Source of the DNA: Polynucleobacter sp.
GTDB lineage: Bacteria > Pseudomonadota > Gammaproteobacteria > Burkholderiales > Burkholderiaceae
Direction: 5' to 3'
Assembly: GCA_044345935.1 (NCBI GenBank)
Contig: JBIJAC010000001.1
Span: forward strand, 1,986 to 65,985
DNA: 64,000 nucleotides
The stretch's first letter is position 1, and every line of letters starts with the position of its first letter. Below, piece after piece: positions 1 through 11,480 of this stretch. The translations under genes and the position numbers were made by a program. The notes beneath the pieces were generated by a model, which was not told where the DNA came from, searched no databases, and saw only the letters and a program-made list of their open reading frames with translations.

Positions 1-216
1 GGCATTCGAGTCAATGCGGTTTGCCCAGGTTTTGTGGGCACTGAAATGGTGATGGCAATGCCGAGCGCTATTTTGGAAGACATTGCGAAACGCACGTGGA
101 TGGGACGCCTTGGCACTCCCGAGGAAATCGCCAATGTGTATGTGTTTTTAGCCAGTGATGAGGCCAGTTACATCAATGGCAGTACCCTCGAAGTTAGCGG
201 CGGGATCTCCCTTTAA
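1..216 (+). CDS. Short-chain dehydrogenase/reductase (FabG/PhaB-like), 3' part only
   Basis: Frame 1 from base 1 reads GIRVNAVCPGFVGTEM...GRLGTPEEIANVYVFLASDEASYINGSTLEVSGG, a classic SDR C-terminus; truncated by the window edge. Confidence 0.85.
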   Translation, partial: GIRVNAVCPGFVGTEMVMAMPSAILEDIAKRTWMGRLGTPEEIANVYVFLASDEASYINGSTLEVSGGISL

Positions 217-217
217 T

Positions 218-2302
218 ATGTACCTTCTTTACGAAGAGGGCGGCGACATTAAAGCCGCCACTGTGCAATCGACCACTGGCGAGGGCGATGCCCAGTCATG
301 GCAAGCAACTAGTCTGTCTGGCAAAAAGCTCAAGCTCAAAGCCAAAGAAGTTTGGCTCCGCTTTGAAAAGCCCGACGCACAGAGCTTGATGGATGAAGCC
401 AATGCATTGGCTACCGAGATTGATTTGCAATTGCTATGGGATTGCGCCCCCGAAGGGGAATTTGCATTTACCGACATCGCTTCAGAGTATTTTGGTGGCC
501 AGGCTAGTGCGTCACAACAGGCTGCGTTAGCGATTGCCTTGCAATCGGCGCCCGTGTATTTTCGGCGCAAGCAGCGCGGCCGATTTATGCGCGCTCCCAA
601 AGAACAGCTTGATGCTGGCATTGCGGCCCTCGAGCGCAAACAGCGTGAACAAGAGCAGCAGGGGCAATGGCAAGCAGAATTGGTTGCAGGACGTTTTCCA
701 GAAGGTCTGCTATCGCAAGCCAAGCAACTTCTCTTTAACCCCGATAAAAATACCCTAGCCTATAAAGCATTTTTAGCGGCCTGCAATGAGACCGGTGAAT
801 CACCCCCGCAACTCATGATGCGTTGCGGTGCTTTGGAGTCGCCTCTGGCATACCACCAAGGGATATTTTTGAGGGCGAACTTTGCGAATGGCGCAGGTCA
901 TCATGCCGATGCAATGATTGCAGATGCAGTCTATGACGCAGCGATTGCAACATTGCCTACTGCTGAAGTGCAGGCCTTTTCGATTGATGATGCCGCTACT
1001 ACTGAAATTGATGACGCGCTGTCGGTCACGGCCTTGCCTGACGGAGCTCACCGCATTGGTGTCCACATCTCTGCGCCGGGCCTCGTGATTAACAAAGATG
1101 ATTCGCTGGATCAAGTAGCACGGGCGCGTATGTCAACAGTCTATATGCCGGGTGACAAGATTACGATGCTGCCCGATGCAGTGATTGCGCGTTTTTCCTT
1201 GGATGCGGGTAGCGCAAGGCCGGCGGTATCGATTTACGTTGATGTCGATGCGCAAGGCGATTTAATCGCTCAGTCAGTGCACACACGAATTGAATTGGTA
1301 CCAATTGCTGCCAACTTACGTTTAGAGCACTTAGAAGAATCCGTTAATCGGTTTGCCGATCCAGAGTATGTTGCAAAGGCTGACAATACTTTTGCATTCC
1401 AAAATGAATTACTGATCTTGTGGCGCGCAGCACAAAAACTGCATGCAAAGCGCCAGGAGCAACGGGCCAAAAATGGCTTACGTGTTGAGCAGCTCGGCGT
1501 GGTCGATCCCAATGCCCTGCAACGCGATTTTCAGTTTCAGATTAGTCAAACTAATGGCGTAGAGCGGGTTGAGATCGAGCCGCGATCACGGGGTTCGGTA
1601 TTGGATACGATCGTCGCGGAGTGGATGATTTATTGCAACAGTACCTGGGGGCAGTGGCTGGCAGATCAGGGTTTGCCGGCTTTGTTTCGAACGCAAAAAG
1701 GCTGGGGCCCACAACGCACACGCATGCAAACCACACCAGCACCGCACGAGGGCTTGGGTTTGGAGTATTACGCCTGGTGCACTTCCCCTTTGCGGCGCTA
1801 TTCGGATTTGGTGAATCAGTGGCAATTGATTGCCTTGGCTAGGCATGGCGTCACGGCAAAAATGGTAGCGCCATTTCAGCCGCGTGATGCTAGCCTGATG
1901 GGGATTGCTGCCGATTTTGAAACCTGCTATCAGTCCTATGCCGAGTACCAAGATCGCATGGAGAAATACTGGTGTTTGCGCTGGTTAGCGCAGGAGCCAC
2001 TCCCACGCAGCGTATTTGCACGCCACCTCAAAGAGGGGATGAGTCGCCTAGAGGACGTTCCCTTGCATTTGCCAATACCCGAACTGGCATCGCATCCCCG
2101 TATGACCCGTGCGGAGATTGCTATTTTAGAAACTGATCTATTGCAACTAAGCGCGAGCGTACGCGTAAATCAGATTGAGAAATCAGAATCCGCTGCCTCA
2201 GAAATAGATGCATCAGAAATGGATTCGTCAGAAATAGATGCGCCGGAAACGGAGCCACCAGCGGCAAATCTAGCCCCGCTCGGCGACACACCGATTGCGT
2301 GA
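218..2302 (+). CDS. RNB-domain exoribonuclease (RNase II/R family)
   Basis: Motifs SIDDAATTEIDDALS and CTSPLRRYSDLVNQ; ATG at 218 directly after the SDR stop is preferred over the track start at 155. Confidence 0.88.
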   Translation: MYLLYEEGGDIKAATVQSTTGEGDAQSWQATSLSGKKLKLKAKEVWLRFEKPDAQSLMDEANALATEIDLQLLWDCAPEGEFAFTDIASEYFGGQASASQQAALAIALQSAPVYFRRKQRGRFMRAPKEQLDAGIAALERKQREQEQQGQWQAELVAGRFPEGLLSQAKQLLFNPDKNTLAYKAFLAACNETGESPPQLMMRCGALESPLAYHQGIFLRANFANGAGHHADAMIADAVYDAAIATLPTAEVQAFSIDDAATTEIDDALSVTALPDGAHRIGVHISAPGLVINKDDSLDQVARARMSTVYMPGDKITMLPDAVIARFSLDAGSARPAVSIYVDVDAQGDLIAQSVHTRIELVPIAANLRLEHLEESVNRFADPEYVAKADNTFAFQNELLILWRAAQKLHAKRQEQRAKNGLRVEQLGVVDPNALQRDFQFQISQTNGVERVEIEPRSRGSVLDTIVAEWMIYCNSTWGQWLADQGLPALFRTQKGWGPQRTRMQTTPAPHEGLGLEYYAWCTSPLRRYSDLVNQWQLIALARHGVTAKMVAPFQPRDASLMGIAADFETCYQSYAEYQDRMEKYWCLRWLAQEPLPRSVFARHLKEGMSRLEDVPLHLPIPELASHPRMTRAEIAILETDLLQLSASVRVNQIEKSESAASEIDASEMDSSEIDAPETEPPAANLAPLGDTPIA
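2183..2242 (+). repeat. Degenerate 15-bp tandem repeat (4 units) encoding an acidic tail SESAA-SEIDA-SEMDS-SEIDA
   Basis: tcagaatccgctgcc tcagaaatagatgca tcagaaatggattcg tcagaaatagatgcg. Confidence 0.8.
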
Positions 2303-2312
2303 GATGGGCTAG

Positions 2313-3176
2313 GTGCAAATGCGCTTGAACGATCGCTTGCGTTGGTGGTGGCGTCACCATCCATTTTGGTTTGCGCTGATGCTATCGCTGGCCTTGCATG
2401 CGGTTTTCTTATCCGTCCGCTGGAGTTACGGTGAAATCCAGCAGCGCAGACTCAATACGCCATTAAGTGTGGTGCTGGTCAACTCCAGTAGTCAAACGCC
2501 ACCCAAAAAAGCAGTCAAACTTGCGCAGGCCGATTTGCAAGGCGGTGGAGTTACTTTAGATCAAGACGCGAGTGCGATACACCGGGCGCGCCTGAGTGCT
2601 GAAGCCCAGCTCGAGGTTTTGGAAAAGAATCAAAAGCAAATGCTCTCGCGCATGCAGGCGGAGAAAGATGCTGCTGCAGGTCGGCGTAGCGGCGAAGAGC
2701 AGCGGGTCGTTTCGCAACTGAATGCCTTAGAGGCGGAGCTAGCCAAACGCATTCAGGCCAATGGTAAAGAGCCGCGCAGGGCGGTGTTGACAGCAAGCAG
2801 TACCAAAGCAGTGATCTTTGCCAGCTATTACGATGCGATGCGGCAAAAGATTGAGGCATACGGCAGTACATTTTTTCCGCGGGTCAACGGCAGGCCACTG
2901 TATGGCAGCGTGGTCTTGGTCGTGAGTGTCGATGCCCAAGGAAAAATTGCCAACAGTAGTAGCGGCAAGGAAGGCGTTGAGGTGCGGCGCTCCTCAGGTA
3001 TCGCCGATTTGGATCGTCAAGCCGTCGCGATTGTGCGGGCGGCTGCCCCGTATGGCCCTTTTCCGCCCGAGATGCGAAAGCAAATCGATGTGCTCGATTG
3101 GGTCTCTACGTTTGAGTTCACACGGGATGGGGCGATAAACCGTTCAGAGGGCAATCGTTTGGAATTGCGTCCATAA
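2313..3176 (+). CDS. TonB-family protein (N-terminal TM helix, TonB/TolA C-terminal domain)
   Basis: SLALHAVFL anchor motif; C-terminal RRSSGIADLDRQAVAIVRAAAPYGPFP. Confidence 0.8.
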   Translation: MQMRLNDRLRWWWRHHPFWFALMLSLALHAVFLSVRWSYGEIQQRRLNTPLSVVLVNSSSQTPPKKAVKLAQADLQGGGVTLDQDASAIHRARLSAEAQLEVLEKNQKQMLSRMQAEKDAAAGRRSGEEQRVVSQLNALEAELAKRIQANGKEPRRAVLTASSTKAVIFASYYDAMRQKIEAYGSTFFPRVNGRPLYGSVVLVVSVDAQGKIANSSSGKEGVEVRRSSGIADLDRQAVAIVRAAAPYGPFPPEMRKQIDVLDWVSTFEFTRDGAINRSEGNRLELRP

Positions 3177-3246
3177 GTGGGCACGCACACCGCTTTATTC
3201 GATACACTCACACCATGCCGTCTGATTTCATTTCATTGAGCCGCAG

Positions 3247-4164
3247 ATGATTAAGCCATCTGAACTGCAAACCAATCCCGCTGATTTTTCAGGGGTGGAG
3301 GTATATGCGGTTGCGGGCAACCCGATTGCCCACAGCAAGTCACCCAGTATTCATCGGCGTTTTGCGCAGCAAACGGGACAAGCCATGCATTACGGCATGC
3401 TGATGCCGGAGCTGGGTGCGTTTGCTACGGTAGCAACGGCTTTTTTTGCTGCGGGCGGCAAAGGCATGAACGTCACCGTGCCGTTTAAATTAGATGCACA
3501 AGCCTTGGCCGATGTCTTGACACCGCGCGCAGCACTTGCCGGTGCTGTGAATACCCTGTGGCAACACGATGGCGTACTGCATGGCGATAACACCGATGGC
3601 GCTGGTTTAGTGCGCGACTTGCAGGCCCAAGGCATTGCGCTTACCAATGCATCCATTTGTATCTTGGGCGCAGGCGGCGCAGCGCGCGGGGTGCTGGGTC
3701 CATTGCTGGAGCAAAAACCCAAATCCATCGTGATCGCTAATCGATCGATCGATAAAGCGCGGGATTTACAGGTGGCATTTCAGGCTCTCGCGGATAAGTA
3801 TGGCGTACTGCTCACGGTATGCCCAGTCGATGCATTAGGGAATCAGCCTGATCCTGCCGCAATTGACCTCATTATTAATGCCACTGCGGCTGGCCTCAGT
3901 AATGACTCGCCCATTAGCGATGCCATTGCAAAACGAATTTTTAGGCCCACGGCATTTGCCTATGACATGGTCTACGGAAAAATCACGCACTTTATGCAGC
4001 AGGCCATCAATCAGGGTTGCCGCGTGAGCGATGGATTGGGTATGTTAGTCGAGCAAGCGGCCGATGCCTTTTTACTCTGGCGCGGCCCAAGCCTTGCTAC
4101 GCAATTGGATGCGCGGGCGGTTTTAGATGAACTGCGTAACGAGCTTGCCTCTAAAGCGCCGTAG
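3247..4164 (+). CDS. aroE: Shikimate dehydrogenase
   Basis: [32 protein letters not shown] and [10 protein letters not shown] motifs. Confidence 0.95.
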   Translation: MIKPSELQTNPADFSGVEVYAVAGNPIAHSKSPSIHRRFAQQTGQAMHYGMLMPELGAFATVATAFFAAGGKGMNVTVPFKLDAQALADVLTPRAALAGAVNTLWQHDGVLHGDNTDGAGLVRDLQAQGIALTNASICILGAGGAARGVLGPLLEQKPKSIVIANRSIDKARDLQVAFQALADKYGVLLTVCPVDALGNQPDPAAIDLIINATAAGLSNDSPISDAIAKRIFRPTAFAYDMVYGKITHFMQQAINQGCRVSDGLGMLVEQAADAFLLWRGPSLATQLDARAVLDELRNELASKAP

Positions 4165-4181
4165 TTCAAATAACACCATCC

Positions 4182-4922
4182 ATGCGCTGGATCGCCTATC
4201 CGATTAAATGCTTTTTATTTGGCATCGTTGCAATGCAGATTTATTTTGCTGTGCAAATTGCAGCGTGGGCTTTTGTTGATCCCAGCACAACGGCTTTTCA
4301 GCGAGCCGAGCGCTGGCGCTTGTGTACCTGGCATTGGTCTTGCCCTATCGAATCGCGTTGGGTGCCGTATGAGGGCATTACATCGAATCTGAAGCGGGCC
4401 GTTCTGGTGAGCGAAGACGATATCTTTTTTCAGCACCCGGGTGTGCGCGTGAGCGACATGCAGAAAGCGTGGGAGAAAAATCAAAAGCAGGCCAAGAATA
4501 AAAAAGCCCCAGTGCTGCGCGGCGGCTCCACCATTACCCAGCAACTGGGTAAGAATCTGTTCCTATCCTCTGAGCAACATTACGTGCGTAAGGCTCAAGA
4601 GCTGGTGATTACTGGCCTATTGGAGTTAATCCTGAGCAAAGAGCGCCTATTTGAGATTTACCTCAACTCCGTTGAGTGGGGCGAGGGGATCTTTGGTGTG
4701 GGCGCTGCGGCAAAACATTATTTTGTAACCACGCCCCAGCTACTTAGCCGTGAACAAGCAGCGAGTTTGGCTTCAGCGCTGCCCGCGCCCAAGTGTTTTG
4801 ATAAGGCGCAGTATTGCCGCAGGGGCCGAATTGATTATGGCGCCCGCCAAGAATTTATCCTCGCTAATATGGATCGCATTGCGCTGCCAAAGGAAACAAA
4901 GCAAACAAAGCAAACAAACTAA
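4182..4922 (+). CDS. mtgA: Monofunctional biosynthetic peptidoglycan transglycosylase
   Basis: SEDDIFFQH, RGGSTITQQLGKNLFL, RKAQE and YLNSVEWG GT51 motifs; follows aroE. Confidence 0.92.
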   Translation: MRWIAYPIKCFLFGIVAMQIYFAVQIAAWAFVDPSTTAFQRAERWRLCTWHWSCPIESRWVPYEGITSNLKRAVLVSEDDIFFQHPGVRVSDMQKAWEKNQKQAKNKKAPVLRGGSTITQQLGKNLFLSSEQHYVRKAQELVITGLLELILSKERLFEIYLNSVEWGEGIFGVGAAAKHYFVTTPQLLSREQAASLASALPAPKCFDKAQYCRRGRIDYGARQEFILANMDRIALPKETKQTKQTN

Positions 4923-4929
4923 GTAGTTT

Positions 4930-5775
4930 TTATTGAGCGCTTGCAGCGCGCAGTGCATCGCGCGTTTCAATCGCTACTGCGCGCGCACATTCTGCAAAAT
5001 CAGTCCCACTGCCCGCATACAAAATAGCCCGCGATGAATTAATCATCATTCCAGTACCAGGCTTGCCTAGAACATGACCCGCCTTGACGGTGGCATTGAG
5101 ATCGCCGCCTTGTGCGCCAATGCCCGGAATCAGGAGAGGCATCTCACCCACAATCGCCCGTACCTTGGCGATTTCATCGGGGAAGGTAGCGCCGACAACG
5201 AGGCTAATTTGTCCTGTGCTGTTCCACTCCTTGGCTGCGAGCGTAGCAAGGTGTAAATACAGCGGTTGACCGTCGCTTGCGATATTTAAAAACTGCAAAT
5301 CAGAGCCGCCCGGATTGGAGGTGCGGCACAGGACAATCACGCCTTTGCCTTTGTGTTTCAGATAGGGCTCGATCGAATCGCGTCCCATGTAGGGGTTCAC
5401 GGTAACGGCATCGGCGCCATAGCGCTCAAATGCTTCGAGGGCGTAGTGCTCGGCCGTGCTACCAATATCACCCCGCTTGGCATCCAGAATCACCGGAATG
5501 TGCGGATAGCGGTCTTTGAGGTGCTGGATCAGTTTTTCCAGCCGATCTTCGGCTCCTTGGGAGGCAAAGTAGGCAAACTGGGGTTTAAAAGCGCACACCA
5601 CATCGGCAGTTGCATCGGCAATATCGCGGCAGAACTCAAAAATGCCCACGGGTTTGCTACCGAGGGCAGCGGGCATGCGTTTGGGGTCGGGGTCAAAGCC
5701 AACGCACAACATGCTGCCTTGCGAAGCCCATGCAGACTGGAGTTGCTGGTTAAAAGGTTTTTGGCTTGAGTTCAT
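4930..5775 (-). CDS. pyrF: Orotidine-5'-phosphate decarboxylase
   Basis: [33 protein letters not shown] and INSSRAI; ATG at 5775 avoids overlap with corA. Confidence 0.93.
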   Translation of the reverse strand: MNSSQKPFNQQLQSAWASQGSMLCVGFDPDPKRMPAALGSKPVGIFEFCRDIADATADVVCAFKPQFAYFASQGAEDRLEKLIQHLKDRYPHIPVILDAKRGDIGSTAEHYALEAFERYGADAVTVNPYMGRDSIEPYLKHKGKGVIVLCRTSNPGGSDLQFLNIASDGQPLYLHLATLAAKEWNSTGQISLVVGATFPDEIAKVRAIVGEMPLLIPGIGAQGGDLNATVKAGHVLGKPGTGMMINSSRAILYAGSGTDFAECARAVAIETRDALRAASAQ

Positions 5776-5847
5776 TGGTTTCGTGTTTATTTTCGCAAAG
5801 CTGTCATTGTCTATAGGATAAACTAGCGCATTCCCTAGGAGTTCACC

Positions 5848-6813
5848 ATGATTAACTTGTTCGTCCTGCAAAATGGCCGCCTCTCCCAAGAGCAAGTGGA
5901 AGATCGCAATGAGCTCTTAAAGCACATTAATCCAATCTGGATTGACGTGATTGACCCCGAAGAAGAAGAATTAATCTGGATTAAAGAGGCTTTTGGCGTT
6001 CTTTTGCCCGAATTGGATGATTTAGGCGACTTAGAGGCGTCTGCCCGCTACTTTGAGGCCGACGATGGCCATATGCACATTCGGACCGATTTTTTGCTCG
6101 ACGAAGAAGAAACCTCGCGTAACGTCCGCGTTGCGTTTGTGATGACCAAGCAGGTGCTGTTTTCGATTCACGATGAAGATTTGCCGGTATTCCGCTTGGT
6201 CCGTTTGCGTGCCCGTTTGCGCCCCGGTTCGGTGAGTAATGCCAAAGACGTTCTGCTCGATCTCTATTCCACCGATGCAGAGTATTCAGCCGATGCGCTC
6301 GAGGAAGTGTATGAGAATTTAGAGCAAGCCGGCAAGCGCGTCCTCTCCGATGACATCAGCGACAACGATGCTGCCGAGGTGCTCGAGACGATCGCCAAAG
6401 AAGAAGATACCAATGGCCGCATTCGTCGCAATGTGATGGATACCCGCCGCGCTCTATCGTTTTTGATGCGCAGCAAATTACTGTCGGATGAGCAGCAAGA
6501 AGAAGCCCGGCAAATTTTGCGTGACATTGATTCCCTTGAAAATCACACGGCATTCTTATTCGATAAGATCAACTTTTTGATGGATGCTACGGTCGGCTTT
6601 ATTAGTTTGAACCAAAGTAAGATCATTAAGATCTTCTCAGTGGTATCAGTTGCATTAATGCCACCGACCTTGCTGGCTAGTATTTGGGGAATGAATTTCC
6701 AGCACATGCCCGAACTTACCGAGACCTGGGGTTATCCGGTGGCCATTCTATCGATGGTGATTTCAGCGATTATTCCGCTGAGCTATTTCCGCCACAAAGG
6801 GTGGTTGGGCTAG
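5848..6813 (+). CDS. corA: Magnesium/cobalt transporter CorA
   Basis: [13 protein letters not shown] (GMN signature) and two C-terminal TM helices. Confidence 0.95.
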   Translation: MINLFVLQNGRLSQEQVEDRNELLKHINPIWIDVIDPEEEELIWIKEAFGVLLPELDDLGDLEASARYFEADDGHMHIRTDFLLDEEETSRNVRVAFVMTKQVLFSIHDEDLPVFRLVRLRARLRPGSVSNAKDVLLDLYSTDAEYSADALEEVYENLEQAGKRVLSDDISDNDAAEVLETIAKEEDTNGRIRRNVMDTRRALSFLMRSKLLSDEQQEEARQILRDIDSLENHTAFLFDKINFLMDATVGFISLNQSKIIKIFSVVSVALMPPTLLASIWGMNFQHMPELTETWGYPVAILSMVISAIIPLSYFRHKGWLG

Positions 6814-6823
6814 TCGCGTCGAT

Positions 6824-7360
6824 TCAAGTAATGGCTTGCAGTAAGCCGCGCAATGCAAACAGTACGGCTTGCTGCCGAATGGATTGACGGTCACCCAAGA
6901 AGTGTGCGGTAGTGGTAGTAATGCGATTGCTGGCATCGGCGCGTTCTATCGCCCAGCCAAAGCACACTGTGCCAACGGGTTTCTCTGGTGTGCCGCCACT
7001 AGGGCCCGCAATGCCGGTAATCGAAATGGCTGCAGTCACGCCACTAGTGATCTGTGCCCCTAACACCATTGCACTGGCTACTGCCTCGCTGACTGCGCCT
7101 TCGGCTTCAATCAGTAGCGGTGATACCTCTAAGCATGCCGCCTTTGCAGCATTGCTGTAGGTTACATAGCCCCGCTCAAACCACTGACTTGATCCCGCCA
7201 AATCCGTTAGGCTGGCTGCGAGAAGCCCACCAGTGCAAGATTCAGCTACCGCGAGGGTCCAGCCACGTTGACTAAATGTGGTAGCAACTGCGCTGGTTAA
7301 TTCATGTAGATCAGCAGAATCAATCGATGCAGCTGCTGTTAATGGGGAAGGAGTTTGCAT
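6824..7360 (-). CDS. CinA C-terminal domain protein (PncC-like NMN deamidase)
   Basis: AESCTGG, GSSQWF and SITGIAGPSGGTPEKPVGTV. Confidence 0.9.
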   Translation of the reverse strand: MQTPSPLTAAASIDSADLHELTSAVATTFSQRGWTLAVAESCTGGLLAASLTDLAGSSQWFERGYVTYSNAAKAACLEVSPLLIEAEGAVSEAVASAMVLGAQITSGVTAAISITGIAGPSGGTPEKPVGTVCFGWAIERADASNRITTTTAHFLGDRQSIRQQAVLFALRGLLQAIT

Positions 7361-7390
7361 GCAATGCCTTGTGGGTGGATCGCCCTGAAA

Positions 7391-7960
7391 TTAATACGAT
7401 GGTAATAGCTGGGTTGTGCTGAGTAAAGCAAGAATGAGTAGCGTTGCAAACGCCGCTGCGAGGTCATCAACCACAATCCCGAATCCGCGCCACAGTATTT
7501 TGGGTAGGGTCGTGGGCGTGCCGGGAGCAATCCACACGCAGTCCTTAAAGTAGCGATCAATTGCGCCAATGGGTCCGGGCTTGACTGCATCAAACAAACG
7601 AAAGAGGGCAAATGCCAAGACCTGCATCCAAAGCGGAGCCGGCAGAATTAAAAGCAAGACAAGCCAAAAAGCTAAGATCTCGTCGAGCACAATGCCACCA
7701 AAGTCAGCCACGCCTAATTCTTCACTCACTTGCCCACAAATCCAGCAAGCGGCGATCAGTCCGCCGCCGATAATCCAAATCCAATTCTCGGTAGTAAAAA
7801 AGAATTGACCAATCAAAAAGAGTGCCCATGCCCAGAGCGTGCCAACGGTGCCTGGGGCAAAGGGGCTGAGTCCACTGCCAAATCCCAATGCCAATGTGCG
7901 ACCGGCAGTCTGAAACATCCAACGTAAAGTTGGCTTGGTTTGATTGGCGTTGATCACCAC
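7391..7960 (-). CDS. pgpA: Phosphatidylglycerophosphatase A
   Basis: GFGSGLSPFAPGTVGT, IVLDE, FRLFDAVKP and GIVVDDLAA; follows thiL. Confidence 0.92.
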   Translation of the reverse strand: MVINANQTKPTLRWMFQTAGRTLALGFGSGLSPFAPGTVGTLWAWALFLIGQFFFTTENWIWIIGGGLIAACWICGQVSEELGVADFGGIVLDEILAFWLVLLLILPAPLWMQVLAFALFRLFDAVKPGPIGAIDRYFKDCVWIAPGTPTTLPKILWRGFGIVVDDLAAAFATLLILALLSTTQLLPSY

Positions 7961-8980
7961 TTAGCTGCTCTTAAAGTGATCAAAGGATTGCGTCAGCAGC
8001 ATGCTCTTGGCTGCGGTGAGTAGATTGCCATTGGCATCGCGCAGAATGAGTGTGGGCTCAGTCCCATTGCTATCGGAGGTAATGCTGCCAATGCGCGTGA
8101 GTGGTAGTAAGGCAGTGCTCAGTGATTCAATTTCCGCTCTTTTATTATTTGGAGCAGTGAAACACAGTTCGTAATCATCACCGCCATTAGCAGCACATTG
8201 CCGGCGCAGATCTTCCGTTTGTGCGGCAAGTGTGCGTGAGGTAGGCAATTGATCAATCAGCACTTCCGCATTGACTTGCGATGCTTTCAGAATATGACCG
8301 AGGTCACCTAAGAGGCCATCCGATACATCCAGGGCGCTACTCGCAATGCCGCGCAGTTGTATGCCGAGCGTAATGCGCGGTTCAGGCTGATGCATGCGGG
8401 GTAGTGCCGCCTCTAAGCTGCTGTGATCCAGAAGCCATTCGCTGCGTAATGCCCCTAAAGCAAGTCTTGCATCACCTAGACTGCCGGATACCCAAATGTC
8501 GTCACCGACCTTGGCACCGGAGCGCTTGATGGCAGCGCCGGCAGGCACATGACCTAAAGCGGTGATGCAAATGGTGAGGGGACCTTGGGTTGTATCGCCA
8601 CCGATTAAAGGACATTGCCACTGCTGCGCCAAGCGAAACAGGCCCTGGCTAAATTGTGCGAGCCAGTCTGCATTCGCATTGGGCAATGCAAGCGCTAAGG
8701 TAAAGCCAACGGGCTTTGCGCCCATTGCAGCAAGGTCAGAGAGGTTAACCGCCAAGGCTTTATGGCCGAGCCATTCGGGGTTAGCATTGGCAAAAAAATG
8801 CCGCCCTTCCACCAGCATGTCGCTAGTGACTGCGAGGCTTTGTGCCGGGTCTGGCCCAAGCAAAGCGCAGTCATCCCCGATCCCGAGGAGAACCTGGTTA
8901 GTTTGGTTTTGGGCCATGGATTCCGAGCCGGCTTTGAAAAAACGCCAGATCAGATCAAATTCCCCTAGTTTTGCATCCAT
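7961..8980 (-). CDS. thiL: Thiamine-monophosphate kinase
   Basis: GEFDLI, GIGDDCA, AVNLSDLAAMGA, DVSDGL and GGDDYELCFT. Confidence 0.95.
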   Translation of the reverse strand: MDAKLGEFDLIWRFFKAGSESMAQNQTNQVLLGIGDDCALLGPDPAQSLAVTSDMLVEGRHFFANANPEWLGHKALAVNLSDLAAMGAKPVGFTLALALPNANADWLAQFSQGLFRLAQQWQCPLIGGDTTQGPLTICITALGHVPAGAAIKRSGAKVGDDIWVSGSLGDARLALGALRSEWLLDHSSLEAALPRMHQPEPRITLGIQLRGIASSALDVSDGLLGDLGHILKASQVNAEVLIDQLPTSRTLAAQTEDLRRQCAANGGDDYELCFTAPNNKRAEIESLSTALLPLTRIGSITSDSNGTEPTLILRDANGNLLTAAKSMLLTQSFDHFKSS

Positions 8981-9054
8981 ATTTTCATTTTATGTGCCTT
9001 GGAGGTGAATGTGCTGGAGAGGACTAGAATAAGAAGCTTCAAATCGCCATACCA

Positions 9055-11394
9055 ATGAGTCAATCGATGAGCCAAGCGGACAATAGTAAAGAACAACAAA
9101 TCAAAGACTTACGGGCTGCAGCCCTGCATTATCACGAGTTTCCGGTCCCTGGAAAGATTGAAATTGCGGCAACCAAGCAACTGACCAATCAACGCGATCT
9201 TGCCTTGGCGTACACCCCTGGAGTCGCTGCTGCCTGCGAAGAAATCGTCAAAGATCCAACCAATGCCTTTCGTTACACCGCGCGCGGTAATTTGGTTGGC
9301 GTGATTACCAACGGCACTGCAGTACTCGGCCTTGGGAATATTGGTCCTCTGGCTAGTAAGCCAGTGATGGAAGGGAAAGCCGTCTTATTTAAGAAGTTTG
9401 CGGGCATTGATGTCTTTGATATTGAGGTCAATGAAAACGATCCCGATAAATTAGTCGAAATCATTGCAGCGCTTGAGCCCACTTTTGGCGGCATCAATTT
9501 AGAAGATATTAAGGCGCCCGACTGCTTTGTGGTTGAGCGTAAGTTGCAAGCCCGCATGAAGATCCCGGTTTTTCATGATGACCAGCACGGCACAGCCATT
9601 GTGGTTGCGGCGGCCATTCTGAATGGTTTAAAAGTGGTGGGCAAGGGTATATCCAATGTCAAGCTCGTGACATCGGGCGCAGGTGCTGCTGCACTCGCCT
9701 GCATCGACTTATTGGTGGATTTGGGCCTACCTAGAAAAAACATTTGGGTAACCGACATTGCGGGTGTGGTGTACAAAGGCCGCAAAGAGTTGATGGATCC
9801 AGAGAAGGAGCCATTCTCACAGGACACGCCTTTGCGTACCTTAAGCGAGGTAATTGAAGGCGCGGATATTTTCTTGGGCCTCTCTGCGGGGGGTGTATTG
9901 AAATCCGAGATGGTGAAAAAGATGGCAGATAAGCCCTTGGTGTTTGCCTTAGCAAACCCCACGCCAGAAATCTTGCCAGAGGAAGTGAAATTAGTCAGGC
10001 CTGATGCCGTGATGGCAACCGGTCGCACCGATTACCCGAATCAAGTGAATAACGTCTTGTGTTTCCCATTTATTTTCCGTGGCGCTTTGGATGTGGGCGC
10101 GACAACCATTACCCGCGGCATGGAAGTGGCTGCAGTCAAGGCGGTTGCTGAGCTGGCTCAGGCGGAACAAAGTGAAGTGGTTGCTGCTGTTTACAGTACG
10201 GAAAATCTGGCGTTTGGTCCGGAGTATTTGATTCCGAAGCCATTTGATCCCCGCTTAATTACGGTGATTGCACCAGCAGTTGCCAAAGCGGCGATGGATG
10301 ACGGCGTAGCCCTGCGCCCAATTAAAGATTTTGATGCCTACCGCAATCAGTTGCAGCAATTTGTGTACCACTCAGGCACCTTGATGAAGCCGCTCTTTAC
10401 GATCGCCAAAGGCGTTCCTGAAGACCAAAAACGCATCGTCTTCTGCGAAGGCGAAGATGAGCGCGTGCTGCGCGCCGTACAGATTGTGCTCGATGAGGGC
10501 ATTGCAAAACCGATCTTAATTGGTCGTCCTAGTGTGATCGAACACCGCATTGAGAAATTTGGTTTGCGTATGGTTTGCGGGACTGATATCGATATTGTCA
10601 ATCCAGAAGACGATTCCCGTTTCGGAGATTTTTGGAAATCGTATTTGACCATCATGGAGCGCAAGGGTGTAACTGCATCCTTTGCCAAGCTGGAGATGCG
10701 TCGCCGTAATACCTTGATTGGGGCAACCTTGCTCTCAAAAGGTATGGCCGATGGCTTGATCTGCGGAACCATCAGTAAAGTGTCGACCCACCTCAAATAC
10801 ATTGATGAAGTGATTGGCTTTGAAAAAGGAGCTAATGTGTATGGCGCGATGAGTGGTTTGATTCTGCCGGGGCGCCAAGTATTTTTAGTCGACACCCATG
10901 TGAATGTCGATCCGACAGCAGAGCAGTTGGCGGAAATCACACTCATGGCGGCGAGCGAAATGCGCAAGTTGGGCATGACACCCAAAGTCGCTTTGTTGTC
11001 GCATTCGAACTTTGGCAGCAGTGAAGCACCTTCTGCTGTGAAGATGCGTCAAGTCCTCTCCATTTTGCAGGCGAGGGCTCCAGAACTGGAGGTCGATGGT
11101 GAGATGCACGGTGACTGCGCGCTCGATCCAGAGATTCGGGCGGGCGCAGTGACGACTTCGCCACTGGAGGGCGCTGCTAATTTATTGGTGCTTCCCAATA
11201 TTGATGCCGCCAACATTTCCTATAACTTGCTCAAGACTGCTGCCGGAAATGGCATCGCCATCGGCCCTCTGCTTCTGGGAGTGGCCAAGCCAGTGCATAT
11301 TCTGACGCCGGCAGCGACCGTTCGGCGGATCGTGAATGTCACCGCATTAACCGTGGTAGAGGCAGCCAGCAAGACTAGAATCAAGGGAAATTAA
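9055..11394 (+). CDS. maeB: NADP-dependent malic enzyme with phosphotransacetylase-like C-terminal domain
   Basis: [27 protein letters not shown] and [12 protein letters not shown]; C-terminal PTA domain ([11 protein letters not shown]). Confidence 0.95.
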   Translation: MSQSMSQADNSKEQQIKDLRAAALHYHEFPVPGKIEIAATKQLTNQRDLALAYTPGVAAACEEIVKDPTNAFRYTARGNLVGVITNGTAVLGLGNIGPLASKPVMEGKAVLFKKFAGIDVFDIEVNENDPDKLVEIIAALEPTFGGINLEDIKAPDCFVVERKLQARMKIPVFHDDQHGTAIVVAAAILNGLKVVGKGISNVKLVTSGAGAAALACIDLLVDLGLPRKNIWVTDIAGVVYKGRKELMDPEKEPFSQDTPLRTLSEVIEGADIFLGLSAGGVLKSEMVKKMADKPLVFALANPTPEILPEEVKLVRPDAVMATGRTDYPNQVNNVLCFPFIFRGALDVGATTITRGMEVAAVKAVAELAQAEQSEVVAAVYSTENLAFGPEYLIPKPFDPRLITVIAPAVAKAAMDDGVALRPIKDFDAYRNQLQQFVYHSGTLMKPLFTIAKGVPEDQKRIVFCEGEDERVLRAVQIVLDEGIAKPILIGRPSVIEHRIEKFGLRMVCGTDIDIVNPEDDSRFGDFWKSYLTIMERKGVTASFAKLEMRRRNTLIGATLLSKGMADGLICGTISKVSTHLKYIDEVIGFEKGANVYGAMSGLILPGRQVFLVDTHVNVDPTAEQLAEITLMAASEMRKLGMTPKVALLSHSNFGSSEAPSAVKMRQVLSILQARAPELEVDGEMHGDCALDPEIRAGAVTTSPLEGAANLLVLPNIDAANISYNLLKTAAGNGIAIGPLLLGVAKPVHILTPAATVRRIVNVTALTVVEAASKTRIKGN

Positions 11395-11402
11395 GCTCAA
11401 TT

Positions 11403-11432
11403 TATATATGTGAGCAAACGCTCACATATATA
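11403..11432. promoter_or_regulatory. Perfect inverted repeat (13-bp arms, 4-bp spacer); candidate operator or maeB terminator
   Basis: tatatatgtgagc-aaac-gctcacatatata directly after the maeB stop. Confidence 0.55.
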
Positions 11433-11480
11433 TTTATCTATATTAATCAGTAGTTTATAAAAAAACGACTGTAATTGGGC

